This document shows positions 1 to 13,499 of a stretch of 64,000 nucleotides of DNA, one piece after another. Made by a program: the position numbers and the translations under genes. Under the pieces are notes generated by a model that was not told the origin of the DNA, ran no database searches, and saw nothing but the letters and a program-made list of their open reading frames with translations. The DNA is from Eledone cirrhosa (taxonomy: Eukaryota). The stretch spans positions 21,204,001 through 21,268,000 of the forward strand of contig OZ024757.1 of the NCBI GenBank assembly GCA_964016885.1, written 5' to 3'. Each line of letters opens with the position of its first letter. The stretch's first letter is position 1.

Positions 1-69
1 GATCAACTTGGAAAGGAGGGTGAAGGAAGTGTCGTTGCCCCCACCCAGTACATATTTTATAAGGTGGGG

Positions 70-3000
70 GCGAATATAGTGAGGGTGGCCCCAGTGAATG
101 TAGCGAGGTTGGCCTCAGTGAATGTAGCGAGGGTGACCCCAGTGAATGTAGCGAGGGTGGCCCCAGTGAATGTAGTAACATTGGCCCCAGTGAATGTAGC
201 AAGGTTGGCCCCAGTGAATGTAGTAACATTGGCCCCAGTGAATGTAGCGAGGGTGACCCCAGTGAATGTAGTAACATTGGCCACAGTGAATGAGCGAGGG
301 TGGCCCCAGTGAATGTAGTAACATTGGCCCCAGTGAATGAGCGAGGGTGGCCCCAGTGAATGTAGTAACATTGGCCACAGTGAATGAGCGAGGGTGGCCC
401 CAGTGAATGTAGTAACATTGGCCCCAGTGAATGTAGCGAGGGTGACCCCAGTGAATGTAGTAACATTGGCCACAGTGAATGAGCGAGGGTGGCCCCAGTG
501 AATGTAGTAACATTGGCCCCAGTGAATGAGCGAGGGTGGCCCCAGTGAATGTAGTAACATTGGCCACAGTGAATGAGCGAGGGTGGCCCCAGTGAATGTA
601 GTAACATTGGCCCCAGTGAATGTAGCGAGGGTGACCCCAGTGAATGTAGTAACATTGGCCCCAGTGAATGTAGCGAGGGTGGCCCCAGTGAATGTAGTAA
701 CATTGGCCACAGTGAATGAGCGAGGGTGGCCCCAGTGAATGTAGCGAGGGTGACCCCAGTGAATGTAGTAACATTGGCCCCAGTGAATGTAGCGAGGGTG
801 ACCCCAGTGAATGTAGTGAGGGTGACCCCAGTGAATGTAGTAACATTGGACACAGTGAATGAGCGAGGGTGGCCCCAGTGAATGTAGTGAGGGTGACCCC
901 AGTGAATGTAGTAACATTGGCCTCAGTGAATGTAGCGAGGGTGACCCCAGTGAATGTAGCGAGGGTGGCCCCAGTGAATGTAGTAACATTGGCCCCAGTG
1001 AATGTAGCAAGGTTGGCCCCAGTGAATGTAGTAACATTGGCCCCAGTGAATGTAGCGAGGGTGACCCCAGTGAATGTAGTAACATTGGCCACAGTGAATG
1101 AGCGAGGGTGGCCCCAGTGAATGTAGTAACATTGGCCCCAGTGAATGAGCGAGGGTGGCCCCAGTGAATGTAGTAACATTGGCCACAGTGAATGAGCGAG
1201 GGTGGCCCCAGTGAATGTAGTAACATTGGCCCCAGTGAATGTAGCGAGGGTGACCCCAGTGAATGTAGTAACATTGGCCCCAGTGAATGTAGCGAGGGTG
1301 ACCCCAGTGAATGTAGTAACATTGGCCACAGTGAATGAGCGAGGGTGGCCCCAGTGAATGTAGTAACATTGGCCACAGTGAATATAGTGAGGGTGACCCC
1401 AGTGAATGTAGTAACATTGGCCACAGTGAATGAGCGAGGGTGGCCCCAGTGAATGTAGTAACATTGGCCCCAGTGAATATAGTGAGGGTGACCCCAGTGA
1501 ATGTAGTAACATTGGCCACAGTGAATGAGCGAGGGTGGCCCCAGTGAATGTAGTAACATTGGCCACAGTGAATGAGCGAGGGTGGCCCCAGTGAATGTAG
1601 TAACATTGGCCACAGTGAATGAGCGAGGGTGGCCCCAGTGAATGTAGTAACATTGGCCACAGTGAATGAGCGAGGGTGGCCCCAGTGAATGTAGTAACAT
1701 TGGCCACAGTGAATGAGCGAGGGTGGCCCCAGTGAATGTAGCGAGGGTGACCCCAGTGAATGTAGTAACATTGGCCCCAGTGAATGTAGCGAGGGTGACC
1801 CCAGTGAATGTAGTAACATTGGCCACAGTGAATGAGCGAGGGTGGCCCCAGTGAATGTAGCGAGGGTGACCCCAGTGAATGTAGTAACATTGGCCCCAGT
1901 GAATGTAGCGAGGGTGACCCCAGTGAATGTAGTAACATTGGCCACAGTGAATGAGCGAGGGTGGCCCCAGTGAATGTAGTGAGGGTGAGTCCAGTGAATG
2001 TAGTGAGGGTGACCCCAGTGAATGTAGTAACATTGGCCACAGTGAATGAGCGAGGGTGGCCCCAGTGAATGTAGCGAGGTTGCCCCAGTGAATGTAGTGA
2101 GGGTGACCCCAGTGAATGTAGTAACATTGGCCACAGTGAATGAGCGAGGGTGGCCCCAGTGAATGTAGCGAGGGTGGCCCCAATGAATGTAGTAACATTG
2201 GCTCCAGTGAATGTAGTAACATTGGCCACAGAGAATGTAGCGAGGGTGACCCCAGTGAATGTAGTGAGGTTGGCCCCAATGAATGTAGTAACATTGGCCC
2301 CAGTGAATGTAGTAACATTGGCTCCAGTGAATGTAGCGAGGGTGGCCCCAGTGAATGAGCGACGGTGGCCCCAGTGAATGTAGTGAGGTTGGCGCCAATG
2401 AATGTAGTGAGGTTGGCTCCAGTGAATGTAGTAACATTGGCTCCAGTGAATGTAGTAACATTGGCCCCAGTGAATGTAGCGAGGGTGGCCCCAGTGAATG
2501 TAGTGAGGTGTTGGCCCCAGTGAATGTAGTGAGGTTGGCCCCAATGAATGTAGTGAGGTTGGCTCCAGTGAATGTAGTAACATTGGCCCCAGTGAATGTA
2601 GCGAGGGTGGCCCCAGTGAATGTAGTGAGGTTGGCCCCAATGAATGTAGTAACATTGGCCCCAGTGAATGTAGTAACATTGGCCACAGAGAATGTAGTGA
2701 GGGTGGCCCCAGTGAATGTAGTGAGGTTGGCCCCAATGAATGTAGTAACATTGGCCACAGAGAATGTAGCGAGGGTGGCCCCAGTGAATGTAGTGAGGGT
2801 GACCCCAGTGAATGTAGCGAGGGTGACACCAGTGAATGTAGCGAGGGTGACCCCAGTGAATGTAGTGAGGTTGGCCCCAGTGAATGTAGTAACATTGGCC
2901 CCAGTGAATGTAGCGAGGGTGACCCCAGTGAATGTAGTGAGGTTGGCCCCAGTGAATGTAGTAACATTGGCCACAGTGAATGTACCAAGGGTGACCCCAG

Positions 3001-6000
3001 TGAATGTAGTAACATTGGCCCCAGTGAATGTAGTAACATTGGCCACAGTGAATGTAGCGAGGGTGACCCCAGTGAATGTAGCGAGGGTGACCCCAGTGAA
3101 TGTAGTAACATTGGCCCCAGTGAATGTAGTAACATTGGCCACAGTGAATGTAGCGAGGGTGACCCCAGTGAATGTAGCGAGGGTGACCCCAGTGAATGTA
3201 GTAACATTGGCCCCAGTGAATGTAGCGAGGGTGACCCCAGTGAATGTAGTAACATTGGCCACAGTGAATGAGCGAGGGTGGCCCCAGTGAATGTAGTAAC
3301 ATTGGCCCCAGTGAATGAGCGAGGGTGGCCCCAGTGAATGTAGTAACATTGGCCACAGTGAATGAGCGAGGGTGGCCCCAGTGAATGTAGTAACATTGGC
3401 CCCAGTGAATGAGCGAGGGTGGCCCCAGTGAATGTAGTAACATTGGCCACAGTGAATGAGCGAGGGTGGCCCCAGTGAATGTAGTAACATTGGCCCCAGT
3501 GAATGTAGCGAGGGTGACCCCAGTGAATGTAGTAACATTGGCCCCAGTGAATGTAGCGAGGGTGGCCCCAGTGAATGTAGTAACATTGGCCACAGTGAAT
3601 GAGCGAGGGTGGCCCCAGTGAATGTAGCGAGGGTGACCCCAGTGAATGTAGTAACATTGGCCCCAGTGAATGTAGCGAGGGTGACCCCAGTGAATGTAGT
3701 GAGGGTGACCCCAGTGAATGTAGTAACATTGGACACAGTGAATGAGCGAGGGTGGCCCCAGTGAATGTAGTGAGGGTGACCCCAGTGAATGTAGTAACAT
3801 TGGCCTCAGTGAATGTAGCGAGGGTGACCCCAGTGAATGTAGCGAGGGTGGCCCCAGTGAATGTAGTAACATTGGCCCCAGTGAATGTAGCAAGGTTGGC
3901 CCCAGTGAATGTAGTAACATTGGCCCCAGTGAATGTAGCGAGGGTGACCCCAGTGAATGTAGTAACATTGGCCACAGTGAATGAGCGAGGGTGGCCCCAG
4001 TGAATGTAGTAACATTGGCCCCAGTGAATGAGCGAGGGTGGCCCCAGTGAATGTAGTAACATTGGCCACAGTGAATGAGCGAGGGTGGCCCCAGTGAATG
4101 TAGTAACATTGGCCCCAGTGAATGTAGCGAGGGTGACCCCAGTGAATGTAGTAACATTGGCCCCAGTGAATGTAGCGAGGGTGACCCCAGTGAATGTAGT
4201 AACATTGGCCACAGTGAATGAGCGAGGGTGGCCCCAGTGAATGTAGTAACATTGGCCACAGTGAATATAGTGAGGGTGACCCCAGTGAATGTAGTAACAT
4301 TGGCCACAGTGAATGAGCGAGGGTGGCCCCAGTGAATGTAGTAACATTGGCCCCAGTGAATATAGTGAGGGTGACCCCAGTGAATGTAGTAACATTGGCC
4401 ACAGTGAATGAGCGAGGGTGGCCCCAGTGAATGTAGTAACATTGGCCACAGTGAATGAGCGAGGGTGGCCCCAGTGAATGTAGTAACATTGGCCACAGTG
4501 AATGAGCGAGGGTGGCCCCAGTGAATGTAGTAACATTGGCCACAGTGAATGAGCGAGGGTGGCCCCAGTGAATGTAGTAACATTGGCCACAGTGAATGAG
4601 CGAGGGTGGCCCCAGTGAATGTAGCGAGGGTGACCCCAGTGAATGTAGTAACATTGGCCCCAGTGAATGTAGCGAGGGTGACCCCAGTGAATGTAGTAAC
4701 ATTGGCCACAGTGAATGAGCGAGGGTGGCCCCAGTGAATGTAGCGAGGGTGACCCCAGTGAATGTAGTAACATTGGCCCCAGTGAATGTAGCGAGGGTGA
4801 CCCCAGTGAATGTAGTAACATTGGCCACAGTGAATGAGCGAGGGTGGCCCCAGTGAATGTAGTGAGGGTGAGTCCAGTGAATGTAGTGAGGGTGACCCCA
4901 GTGAATGTAGTAACATTGGCCACAGTGAATGAGCGAGGGTGGCCCCAGTGAATGTAGCGAGGTTGCCCCAGTGAATGTAGTGAGGGTGACCCCAGTGAAT
5001 GTAGTAACATTGGCCACAGTGAATGAGCGAGGGTGGCCCCAGTGAATGTAGCGAGGGTGGCCCCAATGAATGTAGTAACATTGGCTCCAGTGAATGTAGT
5101 AACATTGGCCACAGAGAATGTAGCGAGGGTGACCCCAGTGAATGTAGTGAGGTTGGCCCCAATGAATGTAGTAACATTGGCCCCAGTGAATGTAGTAACA
5201 TTGGCTCCAGTGAATGTAGCGAGGGTGGCCCCAGTGAATGAGCGACGGTGGCCCCAGTGAATGTAGTGAGGTTGGCGCCAATGAATGTAGTGAGGTTGGC
5301 TCCAGTGAATGTAGTAACATTGGCTCCAGTGAATGTAGTAACATTGGCCCCAGTGAATGTAGCGAGGGTGGCCCCAGTGAATGTAGTGAGGTGTTGGCCC
5401 CAGTGAATGTAGTGAGGTTGGCCCCAATGAATGTAGTGAGGTTGGCTCCAGTGAATGTAGTAACATTGGCCCCAGTGAATGTAGCGAGGGTGGCCCCAGT
5501 GAATGTAGTGAGGTTGGCCCCAATGAATGTAGTAACATTGGCCCCAGTGAATGTAGTAACATTGGCCACAGAGAATGTAGTGAGGGTGGCCCCAGTGAAT
5601 GTAGTGAGGTTGGCCCCAATGAATGTAGTAACATTGGCCACAGAGAATGTAGCGAGGGTGGCCCCAGTGAATGTAGTGAGGGTGACCCCAGTGAATGTAG
5701 CGAGGGTGACACCAGTGAATGTAGCGAGGGTGACCCCAGTGAATGTAGTGAGGTTGGCCCCAGTGAATGTAGTAACATTGGCCCCAGTGAATGTAGCGAG
5801 GGTGACCCCAGTGAATGTAGTGAGGTTGGCCCCAGTGAATGTAGTAACATTGGCCACAGTGAATGTACCAAGGGTGACCCCAGTGAATGTAGTAACATTG
5901 GCCCCAGTGAATGTAGTAACATTGGCCACAGTGAATGTAGCGAGGGTGACCCCAGTGAATGTAGCGAGGGTGACCCCAGTGAATGTAGTAACATTGGCCC

Positions 6001-9000
6001 CAGTGAATGTAGTAACATTGGCCACAGTGAATGTAGCGAGGGTGACCCCAGTGAATGTAGCGAGGGTGACCCCAGTGAATGTAGTAACATTGGCCCCAGT
6101 GAATGTAGTAACATTGGCCCCAGTGAATGTAGCGAGGGTGACCCCAGTGAATGTAGCGAGGGTGACCCCAGTGAATGTAGCGAGGGTGACCCCAGTGAAT
6201 GTAGTAACATTGGCCCCAGTGAATGTAGTAACATTGGCCCCAGTGAATGTAGTAACATTGGCCCCAGTGAATGTAGCGAGGGTGACCCCAGTGAATGTAG
6301 CGAGGGTGGCCCCAGTGAATGTAGTAACATTGGCCCCAGTGAATATAGTGAGGGTGACCCCAGTGAATGTAGTAACATTGGCCACAGTGAATGTAGCGAG
6401 GTTGCCCCAGTGAATGTAGTGAGGGTGGCCCCAGTGAATGTAGTGAGGTTGGCCCCAGTGAATGTAGTAACATTGGCCCCAGTGAATGTAGTAACATTGG
6501 CCACAGTGAATGTAGCGAGGTTGGCCCCAGTGAATGTAGCGAGGGTGGCCCCAGTGAATGTAGTAACATTGGCCCCAGTGAATGTAGCGAGGGTGGCCCC
6601 AGTGAATGTAGTAACATTGGCCCCAGTGAATATAGTGAGGGTGACCCCAGTGAATGTAGTAACATTGGCCACAGTGAATGTAGCGAGGTTGCCCCAGTGA
6701 ATGTAGCGAGGGTGGCCCCAGTGAATGTAGTGAGGTTGGCCCCAGTGAATATAGCGAGGGTGACCCCAGTGAATGTAGTGAGGTTGGCCCCAGTGAATGT
6801 AGTAACATTGGCCCCAGTGAATGTAGTGAGGGTGACCCCAGTGAATGTAGCGAGGGTGGCCCCAGTGAATGTAGTAACATTGGCCCCAGTGAATATAGTG
6901 AGGGTGACCCCAGTGAATGTAGCGAGGGTGGCCCCAGTGAATGTAGTAACATTGGCCCCAGTGAATATAGTGAGGGTGACCCCAGTGAATGTAGTAACAT
7001 TGGCCACAGTGAATGTAGCGAGGTTGCCCCAGTGAATGTAGCGAGGGTGGCCCCAGTGAATGTAGTGAGGTTGGCCCCAGTGAATATAGCGAGGGTGACC
7101 CCAGTGAATGTAGTGAGGTTGGCCCCAGTGAATGTAGTAACATTGGCCCCAGTGAATGTAGTGAGGGTGACCCCAGTGAATGTAGCGAGGGTGGCCCCAG
7201 TGAATGTAGTAACATTGGCCCCAGTGAATATAGTGAGGGTGACCCCAGTGAATGTAGTAACATTGGCCACAGTGAATGTAGCGAGGTTGCCCCAGTGAAT
7301 GTAGTGAGGGTGACCCCAGTGAATGTAGTAACATTGGCCCCAGTGAATGTAGCGAGGGTGACCCCAGTGAATGTAGTAACATTGGCCACAGTGAATGAGC
7401 GAGGGTGGCCCCAGTGAATGTAGTAACATTGGCCCCAGTGAATGAGCGAGGGTGGCCCCAGTGAATGTAGTAACATTGGCCACAGTGAATGAGCGAGGGT
7501 GGCCCCAGTGAATGTAGTAACATTGGCCCCAGTGAATGTAGCGAGGGTGACCCCAGTGAATGTAGTAACATTGGCCCCAGTGAATGTAGCGAGGGTGACC
7601 CCAGTGAATGTAGTAACATTGGCCACAGTGAATGAGCGAGGGTGGCCCCAGTGAATGTAGTAACATTGGCCACAGTGAATATAGTGAGGGTGACCCCAGT
7701 GAATGTAGTAACATTGGCCACAGTGAATGAGCGAGGGTGGCCCCAGTGAATGTAGTAACATTGGCCCCAGTGAATATAGTGAGGGTGACCCCAGTGAATG
7801 TAGTAACATTGGCCACAGTGAATGAGCGAGGGTGGCCCCAGTGAATGTAGTAACATTGGCCACAGTGAATGAGCGAGGGTGGCCCCAGTGAATGTAGTAA
7901 CATTGGCCACAGTGAATGAGCGAGGGTGGCCCCAGTGAATGTAGTAACATTGGCCACAGTGAATGAGCGAGGGTGGCCCCAGTGAATGTAGTAACATTGG
8001 CCACAGTGAATGAGCGAGGGTGGCCCCAGTGAATGTAGCGAGGGTGACCCCAGTGAATGTAGTAACATTGGCCCCAGTGAATGTAGCGAGGGTGACCCCA
8101 GTGAATGTAGTAACATTGGCCACAGTGAATGAGCGAGGGTGGCCCCAGTGAATGTAGCGAGGGTGACCCCAGTGAATGTAGTAACATTGGCCCCAGTGAA
8201 TGTAGCGAGGGTGACCCCAGTGAATGTAGTAACATTGGCCACAGTGAATGAGCGAGGGTGGCCCCAGTGAATGTAGTGAGGGTGAGTCCAGTGAATGTAG
8301 TGAGGGTGACCCCAGTGAATGTAGTAACATTGGCCACAGTGAATGAGCGAGGGTGGCCCCAGTGAATGTAGCGAGGTTGCCCCAGTGAATGTAGTGAGGG
8401 TGACCCCAGTGAATGTAGTAACATTGGCCACAGTGAATGAGCGAGGGTGGCCCCAGTGAATGTAGCGAGGGTGGCCCCAATGAATGTAGTAACATTGGCT
8501 CCAGTGAATGTAGTAACATTGGCCACAGAGAATGTAGCGAGGGTGACCCCAGTGAATGTAGTGAGGTTGGCCCCAATGAATGTAGTAACATTGGCCCCAG
8601 TGAATGTAGTAACATTGGCTCCAGTGAATGTAGCGAGGGTGGCCCCAGTGAATGAGCGACGGTGGCCCCAGTGAATGTAGTGAGGTTGGCGCCAATGAAT
8701 GTAGTGAGGTTGGCTCCAGTGAATGTAGTAACATTGGCTCCAGTGAATGTAGTAACATTGGCCCCAGTGAATGTAGCGAGGGTGGCCCCAGTGAATGTAG
8801 TGAGGTGTTGGCCCCAGTGAATGTAGTGAGGTTGGCCCCAATGAATGTAGTGAGGTTGGCTCCAGTGAATGTAGTAACATTGGCCCCAGTGAATGTAGCG
8901 AGGGTGGCCCCAGTGAATGTAGTGAGGTTGGCCCCAATGAATGTAGTAACATTGGCCCCAGTGAATGTAGTAACATTGGCCACAGAGAATGTAGTGAGGG

Positions 9001-10994
9001 TGGCCCCAGTGAATGTAGTGAGGTTGGCCCCAATGAATGTAGTAACATTGGCCACAGAGAATGTAGCGAGGGTGGCCCCAGTGAATGTAGTGAGGGTGAC
9101 CCCAGTGAATGTAGCGAGGGTGACACCAGTGAATGTAGCGAGGGTGACCCCAGTGAATGTAGTGAGGTTGGCCCCAGTGAATGTAGTAACATTGGCCCCA
9201 GTGAATGTAGCGAGGGTGACCCCAGTGAATGTAGTGAGGTTGGCCCCAGTGAATGTAGTAACATTGGCCACAGTGAATGTACCAAGGGTGACCCCAGTGA
9301 ATGTAGTAACATTGGCCCCAGTGAATGTAGTAACATTGGCCACAGTGAATGTAGCGAGGGTGACCCCAGTGAATGTAGCGAGGGTGACCCCAGTGAATGT
9401 AGTAACATTGGCCCCAGTGAATGTAGTAACATTGGCCACAGTGAATGTAGCGAGGGTGACCCCAGTGAATGTAGCGAGGGTGACCCCAGTGAATGTAGTA
9501 ACATTGGCCCCAGTGAATGTAGTAACATTGGCCCCAGTGAATGTAGCGAGGGTGACCCCAGTGAATGTAGCGAGGGTGACCCCAGTGAATGTAGCGAGGG
9601 TGACCCCAGTGAATGTAGTAACATTGGCCCCAGTGAATGTAGTAACATTGGCCCCAGTGAATGTAGTAACATTGGCCCCAGTGAATGTAGCGAGGGTGAC
9701 CCCAGTGAATGTAGCGAGGGTGGCCCCAGTGAATGTAGTAACATTGGCCCCAGTGAATATAGTGAGGGTGACCCCAGTGAATGTAGTAACATTGGCCACA
9801 GTGAATGTAGCGAGGTTGCCCCAGTGAATGTAGTGAGGGTGGCCCCAGTGAATGTAGTGAGGTTGGCCCCAGTGAATGTAGTAACATTGGCCCCAGTGAA
9901 TGTAGTAACATTGGCCACAGTGAATGTAGCGAGGTTGGCCCCAGTGAATGTAGCGAGGGTGGCCCCAGTGAATGTAGTAACATTGGCCCCAGTGAATGTA
10001 GCGAGGGTGGCCCCAGTGAATGTAGTAACATTGGCCCCAGTGAATATAGTGAGGGTGACCCCAGTGAATGTAGTAACATTGGCCACAGTGAATGTAGCGA
10101 GGTTGCCCCAGTGAATGTAGCGAGGGTGGCCCCAGTGAATGTAGTGAGGTTGGCCCCAGTGAATATAGCGAGGGTGACCCCAGTGAATGTAGTGAGGTTG
10201 GCCCCAGTGAATGTAGTAACATTGGCCCCAGTGAATGTAGTGAGGGTGACCCCAGTGAATGTAGCGAGGGTGGCCCCAGTGAATGTAGTAACATTGGCCC
10301 CAGTGAATATAGTGAGGGTGACCCCAGTGAATGTAGCGAGGGTGGCCCCAGTGAATGTAGTAACATTGGCCCCAGTGAATATAGTGAGGGTGACCCCAGT
10401 GAATGTAGTAACATTGGCCACAGTGAATGTAGCGAGGTTGCCCCAGTGAATGTAGCGAGGGTGGCCCCAGTGAATGTAGTGAGGTTGGCCCCAGTGAATA
10501 TAGCGAGGGTGACCCCAGTGAATGTAGTGAGGTTGGCCCCAGTGAATGTAGTAACATTGGCCCCAGTGAATGTAGTGAGGGTGACCCCAGTGAATGTAGC
10601 GAGGGTGGCCCCAGTGAATGTAGTAACATTGGCCCCAGTGAATATAGTGAGGGTGACCCCAGTGAATGTAGTAACATTGGCCACAGTGAATGTAGCGAGG
10701 TTGCCCCAGTGAATGTAGTGAGGGTGGCCCCAGTGAATGTAGTGAGGTTGGCCCCAGTGAATGTAGTAACATTGGCCCCAGTGAATATAGCGAGGGTGAC
10801 CCCAGTGAATGTAGTAACATTGGCCCTAGTGAATGTAGTAACATTGGCCACAGTGAATGTAGCGAGGTTGCCCCAGTGAATGTAGTGAGGGTGGCCCCAG
10901 TGAATATAGTGAGGTTGGCCCCAGTGAATATAGCAAGGTTCGCCACAGTGAATGTAGAGAGGTTGGCCCCAGTGAATGTACCAAGGATGGCCCC
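70..10994. repeat. ~11 kb minisatellite, 24-bp monomer (roughly 450 copies) with higher-order repeats
   Basis: Monomer CCCCAGTGAATGTAG followed by a variable 9-mer (TAACATTGG / CGAGGGTGA / CGAGGGTGG / TGAGGTTGG); 23-bp deletion variants are frequent; rare variants recur at 2883- and 3414-bp spacing. Confidence 0.97.
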
Positions 10995-11090
10995 TTTGTG
11001 AGCATGTGCCTGTAGAGAGGAGCACCACCAATCTTAAATCACGTCTTGGAGATTAGGGTTGTTTAGGATTGGTAGAGTTTCTGTCACTGC

Positions 11091-11385
11091 TGGGTAGTAC
11101 TCTCAACACATGGGTAGCACTCACCCCTCCCGGGTAGTACTCACCCCTCCCGGGTAGTACTCACCCCTCCTGGGTAGCACTCACCCCTCCCGGGTAGTAC
11201 TCACCTCTCCTGGGCAGCACTCACCCCTCCCGGGTAGTACTCACCCCTCCCGGGTAGTACTCACCCCTCCTGGGTAGCACTCACCCCTCCCGAGTAGTAC
11301 TCACCCCTCCCGGGTAGTACTCACCCATCCTGGGTAGCACTCAGCCCTCCTGGGTAGTACTCCCCACTCCATGGTAGAACTCACC
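11091..11385. repeat. 20-bp minisatellite (TCACCCCTCCCGGGTAGTAC), ~13 copies
   Basis: Direct tandem copies visible; followed at ~11430-11468 by AATAAA and (TTA)n resembling a LINE 3' tail. Confidence 0.93.
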
Positions 11386-11484
11386 ATTATGTAAATATCC
11401 ACTGTCCTTGTATTGTTTTACCTGTTTCGGCCCAAGTGGCAAATAAAGAAATTATTATTATTATCATTACTCTGTAGGGCAGTG

Positions 11485-12412
11485 GATTGGCAGAATTGGT
11501 AGACACCATGATTGGCAGTATTGGTAGACACCATGATTGGCAGAATTGGTAGACACCATGATTGGCAGAATTGGTAGAGTGTTACCATGATTGGCAGTAT
11601 TGGTAGACACCATGATTGGCAGAATTGGTAGACACCATGATTGGCAGAATTGGTAGAGTGTTACCATGATTGGCAGTATTGGTAGACACCATGATTGGCA
11701 GAATTGGTAGACACCATGATTGGCAGAATTGGTAGAGTGTCACCATGATTGGCAGTATTGGTAGACACCATGATTGGCAGAATTGGTAGAGTGTCACCAT
11801 GATTGGCAGAATTGGTAGAGTGTCACCATGATTGGCAGTATTGGTAGACACCATGATTGGCAAAATTGGTAGAGTGTCACCATGATTGGCAGTATTGGTA
11901 GACACCACGATTGGCAGAATTGGTAGAGTGTCACCACGATTGGCAGTATTGGTAGACACCATGATTGGCAGAATTGGTAGACACCATGATTGGCAGAATT
12001 GGTAGAGTGTCACCACGATTGGCAGAATTGGTAGAGTGTCACCACGATTGGCAGAATTGGTAGAGTGTCACCATGATTGGCAGAATTGGTAGAGTGTCAC
12101 CATGATTGGCAGAATTGGTAGAGTGTCACCACGATTGGCAGAATTGGTAGAGTGTCACCACGATTGGCAGAATTGGTAGACACCATGATTGGCAGAATTG
12201 GTAGACACCATGATTGGCAGAATTGGTAGAGTGTCACCACGATTGGCAGAATTGGTAGAGTGTCACCACGATTGGCAGTATTGGTAGAGTGTCACCATGA
12301 TTGGCAGAATTGGTAGACACCATGATTGGCAGAATTGGTAGAGTGTCACCACGATTGGCAGAATTGGTAGAGAGTCGGACACCATGATTGGCAGAATTGG
12401 TAGAGAGTCGGA
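11485..12412 (+). repeat. 25/29-bp minisatellite built from a SINE Pol III A-box
   Basis: Units ACCATGATTGGCAG(A/T)ATTGGTAGA(C/GTGTC); TGGCAGAATTGG fits the A-box consensus and the last unit runs directly into a SINE body. Confidence 0.9.
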
Positions 12413-13222
12413 CAAAATGCTTTGCAGCACAGAGTTACGTCCCTTTACGGACTGAGTTCAAATCCCTCCGTGGTTAACTTTGCCTTTCATCCTAAACGGG
12501 GTCGATAAAATAAAATAAAGTACCAGTAATACACTGGGGTAATTGCTGGCCTTGTGCCTAAAGTAGAAACCCTTAATATTATTATTGGAAGTATTGCTAT
12601 GGCGTTGAATAACATGCTTTTAGGCATTTAGTAACGGCTTTCTATTGATAAATTACCAGTGAACCACTCTCTTTTAAATTGCTGGCCTTGTGCCAGACGT
12701 AGAAACAATTGTTATTATTATTTACGCTCTGCGCTCAAATCCCGTTAATGTTAGCTTACGGGGTCGATAAAATAAAGTACCAGTAATGCACTGGGGTATT
12801 TGCTGGCCTTGTGCCAAAAGTAGAAACAATTATTATAAAAGGTGAATTGGCAGTATCGGTAGAGGGTCGGACGCCATGCTGTCTAGCATAGAGTTACGTC
12901 CCTTTACGGTCTGAGTTCAAATCGCGTCGAGGTTAACTTTACCTTTCATCCTTACGGGGTCGATAAAATAAAGTACCAGTAATGCACTGGTGTAATTGCT
13001 GGCCTTGTGCCAAAAGTAGAAACAATTATTATAAAAGGTGAATTGGCAGTATCGGTAGAGGGTCGGACGCCATGCTGTCTAGCATAGAGTTACGTCCCTT
13101 TACGGTCTGAGTTCAAATCCCGTCGAGGTTAACTTTACCTTTCATCCTTACGGGGTCGATAAAATAAAGTACCAGTAATGCAGTGGGGTAATTGCTGGCC
13201 TTGTGCCAAAAGTAGAAACAAT
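12384..13222 (+). mobile_element. Cluster of tRNA-derived SINEs (family B), including a ~196-bp tandem duplication
   Basis: A-box TGGCAGAATTGG/TGGCAGTATCGG, B-box GAGTTCAAATCC, body CTTTGCCTTTCATCC...GGGGTCGATAAAATAAAGTACCAGT...GCTGGCCTTGTGCCAAAAGTAGAAAC; copies at ~12384, ~12720 (partial), ~12841 and ~13037. Confidence 0.88.
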
Positions 13223-13395
13223 TATTTATTTATGTATGTATGTAAACATGTTAATTTATGTGGGTAATAACTAAAAAATATATAAAATATATCAACAATC
13301 AAATAAACAAAAATAACAATTAAATTTGTTTTCTCTAAGGGAAAATAAACAAAATTCTATTGTAAACAATTGGGATATAAGGCTACAACAATAAC

Positions 13396-13467
13396 TGTTT
13401 CTACTTTAGGCACAAGGCCAGCAAATTACCCAGCACATTACTGGTACTTTATTTTATCGACCCCGTA
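13396..13467 (-). mobile_element. Family B SINE 3' fragment
   Basis: Reverse complement of the family B tail. Confidence 0.8.
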
Positions 13468-13499
13468 AAATAAAGTACCAGGCTACAAACAACAATAAC

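Noticed and set aside
70-10994. CRISPR-like array (constant repeat plus variable part)
   Set aside because: Variable parts are 8-9 nt from about four recurring alleles, not unique spacers; no cas genes; eukaryotic context
57-11031. 3629/3638/2292-aa ORFs as real genes
   Set aside because: They arise because the minus-strand monomer lacks stop triplets; 23-bp variants shuffle the three registers constantly
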